Of a DNA stretch of 64,000 bases, positions 8,137 through 16,654 are shown piece by piece. The notes under the pieces were generated by a model. The model saw only the letters and a program-made list of their open reading frames with translations. It had not been told where the DNA came from and did no database searches. Source of the DNA: a virus (Duplodnaviria; Caudoviricetes); IMG/VR virus record IMGVR_UViG_3300032218_002424, positions 1-64,000 of that record; one strand, 5' to 3'. Made by a program: the position numbers and the translations under genes. Each line of letters begins with the position of its first letter. Positions within the stretch are counted from its first letter, which is position 1.

Positions 8137-9885
8137 ATGGCAAGAAAATTTTTAGTTAGTTTAGACTTAAATAAGAATGAGTTATTGAATGCAAGAGTTC
8201 AAAACCTTCCTACAGCATCTAAACCAGCAAGTCCTGTAACAGGTCAAATTTACTATGACACTACAGACAATTTCCTTTATTTCTGGAACGGATCAACCTG
8301 GCTAAGAGCTTCAGGTGATTTTGGTGCTTCAGGACAAACAACAGCATTAAAATTTGGTAATACAAAATCTGATGGAACTTCTACCTCAGTTGCAAGAGCA
8401 GATCACACACACTCAATCCCAGACATTTTGGGAACATCTTCTTATGTTGGTGTTGCAAAAGATGCCACAACTGGCAATGCAACAATTTCTCTTGTTGATT
8501 CTGGCGTAACAGCTGGATCATACGGTTCAACAACAAAGATCCCAACATTTACAGTAGATTCAAAAGGTCGTTTAACTGCAGCTGGTGAAACAAACGTAGC
8601 AACTAATCTTTCTATTGCTGGAGAAACTGGCACAGATACAGTAAACCTTCTTACAGATACATTGACTGTAACTGGTGATTCAGCAATTGATACAGCAGTA
8701 ACAGATAACAGAATTACAATTACTGCAAAAGATGCCACATCATCTCAAAAGGGTGTTGCTTCATTTGACTCAACAGACTTTACAGTAACAGGTGCAGCGG
8801 TAACATTAAATGCTGAGCGTGTACAAGATATTGTTGGTGGATTAGTACAAAGCGGAACTGGAATTACAGCAACATACAATGATGCTGGAAATACAGAATC
8901 AATTAGCATTACAAACACTGGTGTAACAGCTGGTACATATGGTTCTGCAACAAAAACTTCAACAGTAACAGTAAATGCACAAGGACAATTAACTTCTGCA
9001 TCACAACAAGATATTTCAATTCCATCAACACAAGTAAATGACTTCCAAGAAGCCGTTGAAGATGTTGTTGGAGCTATGGTTACATCTCCAAATACAGAAA
9101 ACGGTATTGTAGTAACCTATGATGATACAGCAGGAAAGCTTAACTTTGATGTTAATGATCCTACAATTACACTTACAGGAGATGTAGCTGGTTCTGCTAC
9201 AATGACAAACCTCGGTAACGTAACAATTACCGCAACAGTTCAACCAAACTCCGTAGCACTTGGAACAGACACTACTGGAGATTATGTAGCTGGAATTCAA
9301 GGAACTACAAATCAAATTTCTGTTACAAATTCAGGTGGAGAAGGATCATCAGTAACAATTGGTCTTCCACAAGATGTAACAATTTCTAGAAATCTTACTG
9401 TTAATGGAAGCCTCGATGTAGTTGGAACAATTAACTCTGTTAATTCTACACAGGTTAATATCGTTGATAATAAAATTAATTTAAACTCTAATCAGTCTGA
9501 ATCTGCATCACCAGTTCTTGATTCAGGTCTTATTGTTCACCGTGGATTAGAAGCAGATGCCTACTTTACATGGAATGAAACAACAGACCGTTGGGAAATG
9601 GGATTTGAGCCAGGATACGGAGTTGAAGAAAGACAATTTGCGGTAGCCCGCAAGTATGCAGCAGATTTAACAGCAGGAACATATGTAACGGTATCTGGTG
9701 GCGGAACAGTATTTGTTGTTAACCACGGATTAAATACTAGAGATGTTCAAATTCAAGTTTACGAATCATCTGCAGAGTGGAGCAATGTTGAAGTTGATAC
9801 AGAAAGAACAACTGTAAATACAGCAACAATTAGATTTGGTACAGCACCAGCAGCTGGAGCATACAGAGTCGTTATTACTGGATAA
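8137..9885 (+). CDS. Long virion fibre protein, 582 aa
   Basis: GQIYYDT..LYFWNG; two GVTAG.YGS....TV...G.LT.A repeats; QD.VG...I..TY.D repeats; C-terminal HGLNTRDV domain. Confidence 0.8.
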   Translation: MARKFLVSLDLNKNELLNARVQNLPTASKPASPVTGQIYYDTTDNFLYFWNGSTWLRASGDFGASGQTTALKFGNTKSDGTSTSVARADHTHSIPDILGTSSYVGVAKDATTGNATISLVDSGVTAGSYGSTTKIPTFTVDSKGRLTAAGETNVATNLSIAGETGTDTVNLLTDTLTVTGDSAIDTAVTDNRITITAKDATSSQKGVASFDSTDFTVTGAAVTLNAERVQDIVGGLVQSGTGITATYNDAGNTESISITNTGVTAGTYGSATKTSTVTVNAQGQLTSASQQDISIPSTQVNDFQEAVEDVVGAMVTSPNTENGIVVTYDDTAGKLNFDVNDPTITLTGDVAGSATMTNLGNVTITATVQPNSVALGTDTTGDYVAGIQGTTNQISVTNSGGEGSSVTIGLPQDVTISRNLTVNGSLDVVGTINSVNSTQVNIVDNKINLNSNQSESASPVLDSGLIVHRGLEADAYFTWNETTDRWEMGFEPGYGVEERQFAVARKYAADLTAGTYVTVSGGGTVFVVNHGLNTRDVQIQVYESSAEWSNVEVDTERTTVNTATIRFGTAPAAGAYRVVITG

Positions 9886-9896
9886 GGGGTTTATAA

Positions 9897-10148
9897 ATGT
9901 CTGTAAAAAGATTAGTACCCTTAAATACAGTTGAATTAGCTAATAACCCTGCAACAGGTCGCATTGGCGATATTTATTACAATACAACATCACAAGAGTT
10001 AAGAGTATATACTGGAACCGATTGGATTTCTGTTGGTGGAAATCAAACTGGCATTTTAGAACACATTCATACTTATGATGGAGATATTTATTCTGTAGGA
10101 TCTTTCAATGTTCAATCAACAAATACAATTGACGGAGGACTCGCATAA
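9897..10148 (+). CDS. Small fibre adaptor protein
   Basis: GDIYYNT..LRVYTG.DW motif; HIHTYDG; ends IDGG. Confidence 0.65.
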   Translation: MSVKRLVPLNTVELANNPATGRIGDIYYNTTSQELRVYTGTDWISVGGNQTGILEHIHTYDGDIYSVGSFNVQSTNTIDGGLA

Positions 10149-11629
10149 TGGATATGACAATCCAAGTTCGCAGAGGAACTACATCGCAATGGGCAGCATC
10201 TACAAGAATTTTAAAACAAGGCGAAATAGCTTTAGATACAACATTAAATAAAATAAAATTTGGTGATGGAACTTCCTTATGGTCAGCTTTGCCCTTTGCA
10301 AATATTCTTCCATCAGAACTTAAAGAATTAACTCAAGATTATATTGGCGAGGCATTTGCAGCTGGTACACATAGCCATATAACAGTAACTTATGATGATG
10401 CAACAAATAAGTTTAGTTTTGCTACCGCTCCAGAAGTTGTTTTATCAACTGGTTTAAGTAATACACTTGGAGATTATTTAACTGCATCTGCATTTAATGC
10501 TCAATTAGATTCTGCTGGTGGAACACCAACATTAGATCAAGATTCTTATATTAGAGATATAGAAATTTCTCCAAGAATAGCAAGAATTGATTCTCCTGCA
10601 TTTACTGGAACCGTAAGCGGCATTACAAAAATAATGGTTGGACTTGGCAATGTTGATAATACATCTGATGTAAACAAACCACTTTCAACAGCAAATACAG
10701 CAGCACTTGCCTTAAAAGCACCAATTGCTTCTCCAACATTTACTGGTACTGTTTCTACAGGAAATCTTTCTGTTTCTGGAAACTTAACAATTACAGGAAC
10801 AACAACAACTCAATCAACACAAAATCTTTCTGTTACAAATCCACTTATTTATGTTGGAAGTAATAATCAAGCAAATATAATTGATGTTGGAGTAGTTGGA
10901 AGTTTTAATAACGGAACATATCAACATACAGGTTTAGCAAGAGATCACTCTGCAAATAAATGGAAATTATTTAAAGGCGTAACAGATGAACCATCAACTA
11001 CAATAAATTGGAGTCAATCTGTTTTAGACGACATTGCCGTTGGAAATCTTACATCAACAACAATTTCATCTCCTACAATTTCATCTACAACACAATTAAA
11101 TGCTGTAGGTTTAACAGTTACTGGAACAGTTATTCTTCCAGATAATGCAATTAAAAGTTCTCTTTTAGACTGGGAACATTACAACACTGAAGCAGATCTT
11201 CCATTAGCAACATTAAAACATGGAATGTTTGCACACGTTCATGGGACTGGTTCAGCTTATTACGCACATTCTGGTGGCTGGTACAAACTTGCAAAAACTT
11301 CTGATGTTGAATTAATTTCATATGGCACAGCAGCAAGTGGAGCCACATATTTAATTACATCTGCAAATACATCAAAAGTAACAGAACTTACAAACACAAC
11401 AGAAATAACAGTTACAATTCCATCAGACCCAACAGATTCAATTTATCCAATTGGATCAACAGTTGAATTTAGACAAATGGGTGACGGAAGATTAAAATTT
11501 GTTCCTACTTCACCAGCAACACTTGTATCAACTGACTCCTACATAAGAACAAGAACAAAATATTCTTCTGCCGTACTTGAAAAACGAGCATCAAATTCTT
11601 GGATTTTAGTAGGGGACATTGATGCATAA
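10148..11629 (+). CDS. Fibre protein with Mtd/hyaluronidase-type N-terminal domain
   Basis: IQVRRGT..QW....L..GE...DT...K.K.GDG; VGLGNVDNTSD..KP; KAPIASPTFTG; C-terminal ..W.LVGD tip domain. Confidence 0.8.
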   Translation: MDMTIQVRRGTTSQWAASTRILKQGEIALDTTLNKIKFGDGTSLWSALPFANILPSELKELTQDYIGEAFAAGTHSHITVTYDDATNKFSFATAPEVVLSTGLSNTLGDYLTASAFNAQLDSAGGTPTLDQDSYIRDIEISPRIARIDSPAFTGTVSGITKIMVGLGNVDNTSDVNKPLSTANTAALALKAPIASPTFTGTVSTGNLSVSGNLTITGTTTTQSTQNLSVTNPLIYVGSNNQANIIDVGVVGSFNNGTYQHTGLARDHSANKWKLFKGVTDEPSTTINWSQSVLDDIAVGNLTSTTISSPTISSTTQLNAVGLTVTGTVILPDNAIKSSLLDWEHYNTEADLPLATLKHGMFAHVHGTGSAYYAHSGGWYKLAKTSDVELISYGTAASGATYLITSANTSKVTELTNTTEITVTIPSDPTDSIYPIGSTVEFRQMGDGRLKFVPTSPATLVSTDSYIRTRTKYSSAVLEKRASNSWILVGDIDA

Positions 11630-13128
11630 TGTTTAAAAGAAATAGATCTAGTGTAATAACGTCTCGTTTAAAAGCATTTCAAACTTTTGCAGATTTATTT
11701 AGTCTTACTTCAGGTTTAAAAAATGGTTGGAAAACTTATCGTGGAACCTGGTCATCAACAGGAACTTTAGCAAATTCTTCAGATACCGCACAAACTTATA
11801 CTTTAGCTGGAACCAAAATGGCTTCAACAAATGTAATTGCTTCAGCAAATGTTACTGGCGGAACAGGGGTAGCATTTTGGATAACAGATGCTCAATCTTG
11901 GTATGCTACAGTAGCATATAATAATACAACAACCTCTTATCCTTGTAATGCTTCATATGTAACCTCTGGATCAAATCCAGCTTCAGGAAGCTGTTGTTCA
12001 TCCACTTCTCTTGTTTCTGCAACTCAACCAGCATATAGTTATTCTGTAGCTGCTAGTTATCAAAATGCATATTCTTATACATATGGTGCATCATATCAAC
12101 AGGCATATTCTTATAGTTATTCTGCACAATATAATGCTCCATATTCATATACTTATTCAGCACAATATAATAATGCATATTCTTATACATATTCTGCTGT
12201 TTATCATCCTTCAACATCATATTCATATAATTATACAGCTACATATACAGTATCAGGCGGTGGAACAACTTCAATTGGTTGCTATACAGCTTTTTCTGGA
12301 TGTCCTACAACATATAATGGATATGCCGTTACAGAAACAAGTGCTCCAGGATTTTGTGGTTGTCCTACTGGACAAAATAAACATTGTTGTACATATAATG
12401 CCCCAGGAACTGGATCTTATTCGTGTCCTTCTGGCGGAACCTTATCTGGAAATATTTGTTATGGAGCAACTGGACAAACTGGTTCATATTATGCCTGTGA
12501 TTATGGAGGAACATTATTTGCAGGAACATTATGTCAAGTAAATGTTGGTGCATCATATTCATGTCCATCTGGTGGAAGTTTGTCTGGAGCAACCTGTACA
12601 GTAAGCGTAGGATCATCATACTCTTGCCCATCTGGAGGTTCTGTATCTGGAACTAACTGTATAGTAAATGTAGGAGCATATTATTATTGTTCTGGATCAG
12701 ACTCAATATCTGGAACTACATGTACACGTCAAGTTGCTGGATATTATTATTGTAATTCTGGAACATTAAATGGTTCAAATTGCACTATTCAAGTTGCAGC
12801 AGTGCCAGCAGTTTATGGATGTTATACGGCAACAACTCCAACACCAGTAAATAATTATTATCTTAGAGTAATTCAATCTTCAGGAGGTGCAATTAGCACA
12901 GTGGGATCAGATGTTGCACTATCAACAGCCCCATTTGCTATTCGAATTGCTTCTTCTGGAAATTCTGTAGTTTCAACAGCATATTCAGACTCTGCATTAT
13001 TAACACAATTAGGAACAAGAACAGATAGTTTTACTTCTCCAAATAAAACTGGTATAACTGGAATTATTAAATCTCCAGCAGACTATATTCAGGGCTCGAC
13101 AGTATCCAACTTTTCTGCTACAATATAA
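11629..13128 (+). CDS. Tyr/Cys-rich putative adhesin: split lectin-like base with inserted repeat stalk and Cys knob
   Basis: 6 Tyr repeats, a 6-Cys segment and 6 YxCxxGGxLxGxxC-like repeats; follows a fibre-tip gene. Confidence 0.7.
   Translation: MFKRNRSSVITSRLKAFQTFADLFSLTSGLKNGWKTYRGTWSSTGTLANSSDTAQTYTLAGTKMASTNVIASANVTGGTGVAFWITDAQSWYATVAYNNTTTSYPCNASYVTSGSNPASGSCCSSTSLVSATQPAYSYSVAASYQNAYSYTYGASYQQAYSYSYSAQYNAPYSYTYSAQYNNAYSYTYSAVYHPSTSYSYNYTATYTVSGGGTTSIGCYTAFSGCPTTYNGYAVTETSAPGFCGCPTGQNKHCCTYNAPGTGSYSCPSGGTLSGNICYGATGQTGSYYACDYGGTLFAGTLCQVNVGASYSCPSGGSLSGATCTVSVGSSYSCPSGGSVSGTNCIVNVGAYYYCSGSDSISGTTCTRQVAGYYYCNSGTLNGSNCTIQVAAVPAVYGCYTATTPTPVNNYYLRVIQSSGGAISTVGSDVALSTAPFAIRIASSGNSVVSTAYSDSALLTQLGTRTDSFTSPNKTGITGIIKSPADYIQGSTVSNFSATI
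12031..12246 (+). repeat. 36-bp (12-aa) degenerate tandem repeat x6, consensus AYSYTYSAxYxx
   Basis: gcatattcttata... units visible in DNA and protein. Confidence 0.85.
12418..12783 (+). repeat. ~63-bp (21-aa) degenerate repeat x6, consensus YSCPSGGxLSGxxC
   Basis: Units start near 12418, 12490, 12556, 12619, 12682 and 12745. Confidence 0.85.
13096..13124 (+). promoter_or_regulatory. Promoter TCGACA-N17-TACAAT with extended TG, for 13147..13684
   Basis: Spacing and consensus, inside the end of the adhesin gene. Confidence 0.5.
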
Positions 13129-13146
13129 AAAAAGAAAGAGTGTAAA

Positions 13147-13395
13147 ATGACAGATCCATTTGACCGCCCAGCTAGACCATGGGACTTATTTAATAGAAAT
13201 CTTGGAAGAGTCTCAACTCAAGTTGCAGATAAGAGGCTTGAAATCTGCAAAGCTTGTCCAGAATTATTACCGACTGGCAATTGCAAAAAGTGTGGTTGCT
13301 TTATGTCTGCTAAGGTAAAGTTGCCTAATGCAGAATGCCCATTACATAAATGGGAACAAGAAAGAGTATCTTACAAGGAGGAAATGAATGACTGA
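13147..13395 (+). CDS. Small Cys-rich protein (DUF6171-like: RLxICxxC...CxxCGC.M..K......CP..KW)
   Basis: 6 Cys in a recognisable spacing. Confidence 0.75.
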   Translation: MTDPFDRPARPWDLFNRNLGRVSTQVADKRLEICKACPELLPTGNCKKCGCFMSAKVKLPNAECPLHKWEQERVSYKEEMND

Positions 13396-13684
13396 AGATT
13401 CAGATTATATTGGCCCAGGAAGAGACGCTCCAGCATTTGAGCCATCAAGAATGACACCCCCAAACAAGATCGCTTTTGTTATTGATGCAACAGTTGTTGA
13501 TGTTTTACATACAGATGATAGACTTGCAGCAATATTTTTAAGTGAGCCTAAAGTAATTGATGTAACAGAACATTATGAAAATAACCCTAATTTAAATATG
13601 AGTGGTTGGCTTTATGATGGTCAAAACTTTTTAGACATAACAAATAGAGAAGAAAGTGTCCCTTTAGCACAGGATAATCAATAA
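13388..13684 (+). CDS. Acidic putative fibre/adhesin assembly chaperone
   Basis: AFVID..VVDV...GW.YDG..F pattern of small chaperones that follow adhesin genes. Confidence 0.6.
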   Translation: MTEDSDYIGPGRDAPAFEPSRMTPPNKIAFVIDATVVDVLHTDDRLAAIFLSEPKVIDVTEHYENNPNLNMSGWLYDGQNFLDITNREESVPLAQDNQ

Positions 13685-13704
13685 ATGGGTTATATACCTC
13701 AAAA

Positions 13705-13713
13705 TGGTATAAT
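13705..13713 (+). promoter_or_regulatory. Extended -10 TGGTATAAT, 6 nt before ATG 13720 (leaderless)
   Basis: No SD; spacing puts +1 at the ATG. Confidence 0.65.
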
Positions 13714-13719
13714 TTATAG

Positions 13720-15978
13720 ATGAGCTCAACTACCACAGATTATCCAGTTTCTATAGATACTTTTGTAAATCCTTTATCTACTGATTCAGTAAAAGCCGTA
13801 TCTCATGCTGCTCAACACTCAAAGGTAAACGATGCTTTACATGCCATAGAGCTTAAACTTGGTGTAAGCGGTTCAACAGATGCTACTTCTATAGAAAATA
13901 GACTTACAACACTAAAGTCTTTTGTGGACAATATAAATACTTCTCAGATTATTGAAAACTCTGGTTATCTTTTCTTTACTAAAGAAAGGGCCCAAGATGC
14001 AATTGCTGAATCATTTAATAATACAGATCACCAAAATATAAGTGTAGTATATGATGATGCAGCAAATAAATTTATTTTTTCTACTGGCCCAAGAGTAGTT
14101 CTTTCAGATGGCTTGTCAAATACCCTTGGTGGATATTTAACAGTCTCTAATTTTGAGGCACAAAAAGATCAACCTAATGGAGTTCCAACTTTAGATCAAG
14201 ATGGTTTTATTAGAGATTCTGAAATTCCAGATTCAATAACAAGAGATACAGAATTAAGCACAGCAAGCAATGCTGCTAGGTTAGCCGCAATTACAGCTGC
14301 TTCTGCAGATGCAACAACAAAGGCAAACAATGCTATTTCAACTGCAGTTGCAGCCGCAGCAGCAGACGCAACAACAAAAGCAAATACAGCACAACAAAAT
14401 GCTATAGCTGCAGCATCACAAGAATCAGAAACTAGAAATGCCGCAACATTAGCAGCAGCTGGAACATATACTGATAATAAAGTTGCTGGGCTTGTTAATT
14501 CAGCACCAGCAGCATTAGATACTCTTAAAGAGTTAGCAGATGCTTTAGGTTCAAATCCTAATTTTGCTACTACAGTAACAAATAATTTAGCAGGCAAGTC
14601 TAACATAGGTCATGGCCATGTATCTACAGATATAACAGATTTTATTGAAGCAGCCCAAGATGCTTCGGCAGTTCTTTTTAATCATGCAAACCATAATAAT
14701 GTTACTGCCACATATGACGATCAAAATAATAAGATTATTTTAACTGTAAGTCCACAACTTACACAAGAACAGGTTCAAGATTATATTGTTCCACTTTTCC
14801 AAAGTGCCAACAACAAAAATATGAACATCATGTATGATGATGAATCAAATCAACTTATTTTAGAAGCTATTACAGAGCCATCTAAGGCTGTTATGTCAGA
14901 TACCCCACCATCAAGTCCAGCACACGGTGCTTTTTGGTTAGATACAGATGAATTTAGAAGCGGTGTTAGAGCACTTAAGATTTATAATAAGTACCCAGCT
15001 GCTTATAAGGGAGACTATAATAACGGTGGGTATTATGCATTAAACGATGTTATTTCTATTCCAATTGGTAGTCCATATGGAACTGCTGGAGATTTTTATA
15101 TTAGAACAGGAAACCCTGGTAACCCAGGTTATCCACCAGGAGCTCCAGGAAACTGGACACTATATTCATTTACTCCAAATTGGGAGTATGCTTCAACTGC
15201 TTTAAGTCTAACTACAGAAAATGTTTGGACAACTAAAAATACTTTTAATCAAGGTATTATTATGGGAATGGATGTTGCTCCAAGCAATCCAGTTGAAGGA
15301 CAAATTTATTATAATCTTGCCGCAGAAAAGCTTAGAGTCTTTGACGGCATAATTTGGAAAGATGTTTCGGGAGGTGCAGGTGGAGGAGGACTTCCAAGTG
15401 TATCTACAGATGGAACAGCAACTCCAGCAACACTATTTTTTGGAATGATTGCTCCGCCAACAGCAGCGGCATTACCAGGAGACATCTGGTTTGATATTGA
15501 TGACAATGGAATTCCATTTAATCAATTCTTTACTGGAACAACTGCACCAGATCCAACTCAGTATGAATTTTGGGTTGACCCAAGTATTGCTCCTGGCGAA
15601 TTAATATTTAGTGACACAGTTGCTCCCACTCCACAATACGTTGGAGACCTTTGGATTAAGACGGATGATCAAGAAGGTGAACTTGTAAGAATAGATTCAG
15701 TTAGTCCAGATCCAGCATTAGTTCAATTATGGGTTGACACACAAGATTTAGATACTCCTTCATATTATTCTAATTTATATTTTCCAACATATGCTTCAAT
15801 AACTAATTTTCCATCAGCTTCCACAAAGCCAGGAATGTTGGCTGTAGATGGATCTAGCGGAATAGTTTATGTTTCAATAGGAAATTCTTGGATTCCTCAG
15901 CCACAAAAAACTGATTTAGATTTAACTACAACAGTTTCTAGAGGAAACGAAGCATTAATTTGGATGGGCTTTTTATAA
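13720..15978 (+). CDS. Long virion fibre protein, 752 aa
   Basis: YP.SID...H...NDA..AIE.KLG start; Ala-rich coil; APAALDTLKELADALG.NPNFATT; repeated P...GD.W.D motifs. Confidence 0.8.
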   Translation: MSSTTTDYPVSIDTFVNPLSTDSVKAVSHAAQHSKVNDALHAIELKLGVSGSTDATSIENRLTTLKSFVDNINTSQIIENSGYLFFTKERAQDAIAESFNNTDHQNISVVYDDAANKFIFSTGPRVVLSDGLSNTLGGYLTVSNFEAQKDQPNGVPTLDQDGFIRDSEIPDSITRDTELSTASNAARLAAITAASADATTKANNAISTAVAAAAADATTKANTAQQNAIAAASQESETRNAATLAAAGTYTDNKVAGLVNSAPAALDTLKELADALGSNPNFATTVTNNLAGKSNIGHGHVSTDITDFIEAAQDASAVLFNHANHNNVTATYDDQNNKIILTVSPQLTQEQVQDYIVPLFQSANNKNMNIMYDDESNQLILEAITEPSKAVMSDTPPSSPAHGAFWLDTDEFRSGVRALKIYNKYPAAYKGDYNNGGYYALNDVISIPIGSPYGTAGDFYIRTGNPGNPGYPPGAPGNWTLYSFTPNWEYASTALSLTTENVWTTKNTFNQGIIMGMDVAPSNPVEGQIYYNLAAEKLRVFDGIIWKDVSGGAGGGGLPSVSTDGTATPATLFFGMIAPPTAAALPGDIWFDIDDNGIPFNQFFTGTTAPDPTQYEFWVDPSIAPGELIFSDTVAPTPQYVGDLWIKTDDQEGELVRIDSVSPDPALVQLWVDTQDLDTPSYYSNLYFPTYASITNFPSASTKPGMLAVDGSSGIVYVSIGNSWIPQPQKTDLDLTTTVSRGNEALIWMGFL

Positions 15979-15984
15979 AAACTT

Positions 15985-15993
15985 TGGTATACT
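15985..15993 (+). promoter_or_regulatory. Extended -10 TGGTATACT
   Basis: Recurrent motif, followed by RBS AAGGAG. Confidence 0.55.
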
Positions 15994-16013
15994 TTGTAAA
16001 GGAGTAATATACT

Positions 16014-16643
16014 ATGTCACTTAAAAGATGGGATGGCTCTTCATGGGTCGTCGTAGCAGGATCTAGACCAGGACCACAGGGTCCAACTGGTGCAACTGGT
16101 CCAGCTGGTACAAATGCAACTATTTCTATTGGTTCGACTAATACTACTTCTTCTGGTACAAATGCAACTGTAACAAATTCTGGAACAGCAACTGCAGCAG
16201 TACTTAATTTTAATATTCCTAGAGGTGCAACAGGTGCACAAGGAACACAAGGAATTCAAGGAATCGCTGGAACTAGAGGAAGTTATATCTATGCTGGTAT
16301 AAATGCTCCAACAGATTCAAGTCCAGCAAAATCTGGTTTACTAGGTAACGATCAATATCTTGCAACATCAACTGGAAACTGGTATATCTATGATGCATCT
16401 GGTTCAGGTGCATGGTCTTTGCAAGGAAACGTAAAGGGTCCAACTGGTTCACAAGGTCCAAAAGGTGACACTGGAGCAACAGGTCCTTCAGGAAGTGCTT
16501 TAGCAAACTCAACATATGCACAAATGCAACTTTATGCAATTGATGCACAGTTTAATTTGGGTATTTATTATCCAAAGTACACAAGTACATTAACACAAAC
16601 ACAGCTAAACAGTAGATTTGCTGCAAGCAGTTACTTATTTTAG
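16014..16643 (+). CDS. Collagen-repeat fibre protein
   Basis: Three G-X-Y blocks; A.VTNSGT...AVLNF.IPRG motif. Confidence 0.8.
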   Translation: MSLKRWDGSSWVVVAGSRPGPQGPTGATGPAGTNATISIGSTNTTSSGTNATVTNSGTATAAVLNFNIPRGATGAQGTQGIQGIAGTRGSYIYAGINAPTDSSPAKSGLLGNDQYLATSTGNWYIYDASGSGAWSLQGNVKGPTGSQGPKGDTGATGPSGSALANSTYAQMQLYAIDAQFNLGIYYPKYTSTLTQTQLNSRFAASSYLF

Positions 16644-16654
16644 GAGAATAAAAG

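Noticed and set aside
12031-12246. 36-bp periodic repeats as a CRISPR array
   Set aside because: Degenerate, in-frame coding repeats without unique spacers; no cas genes
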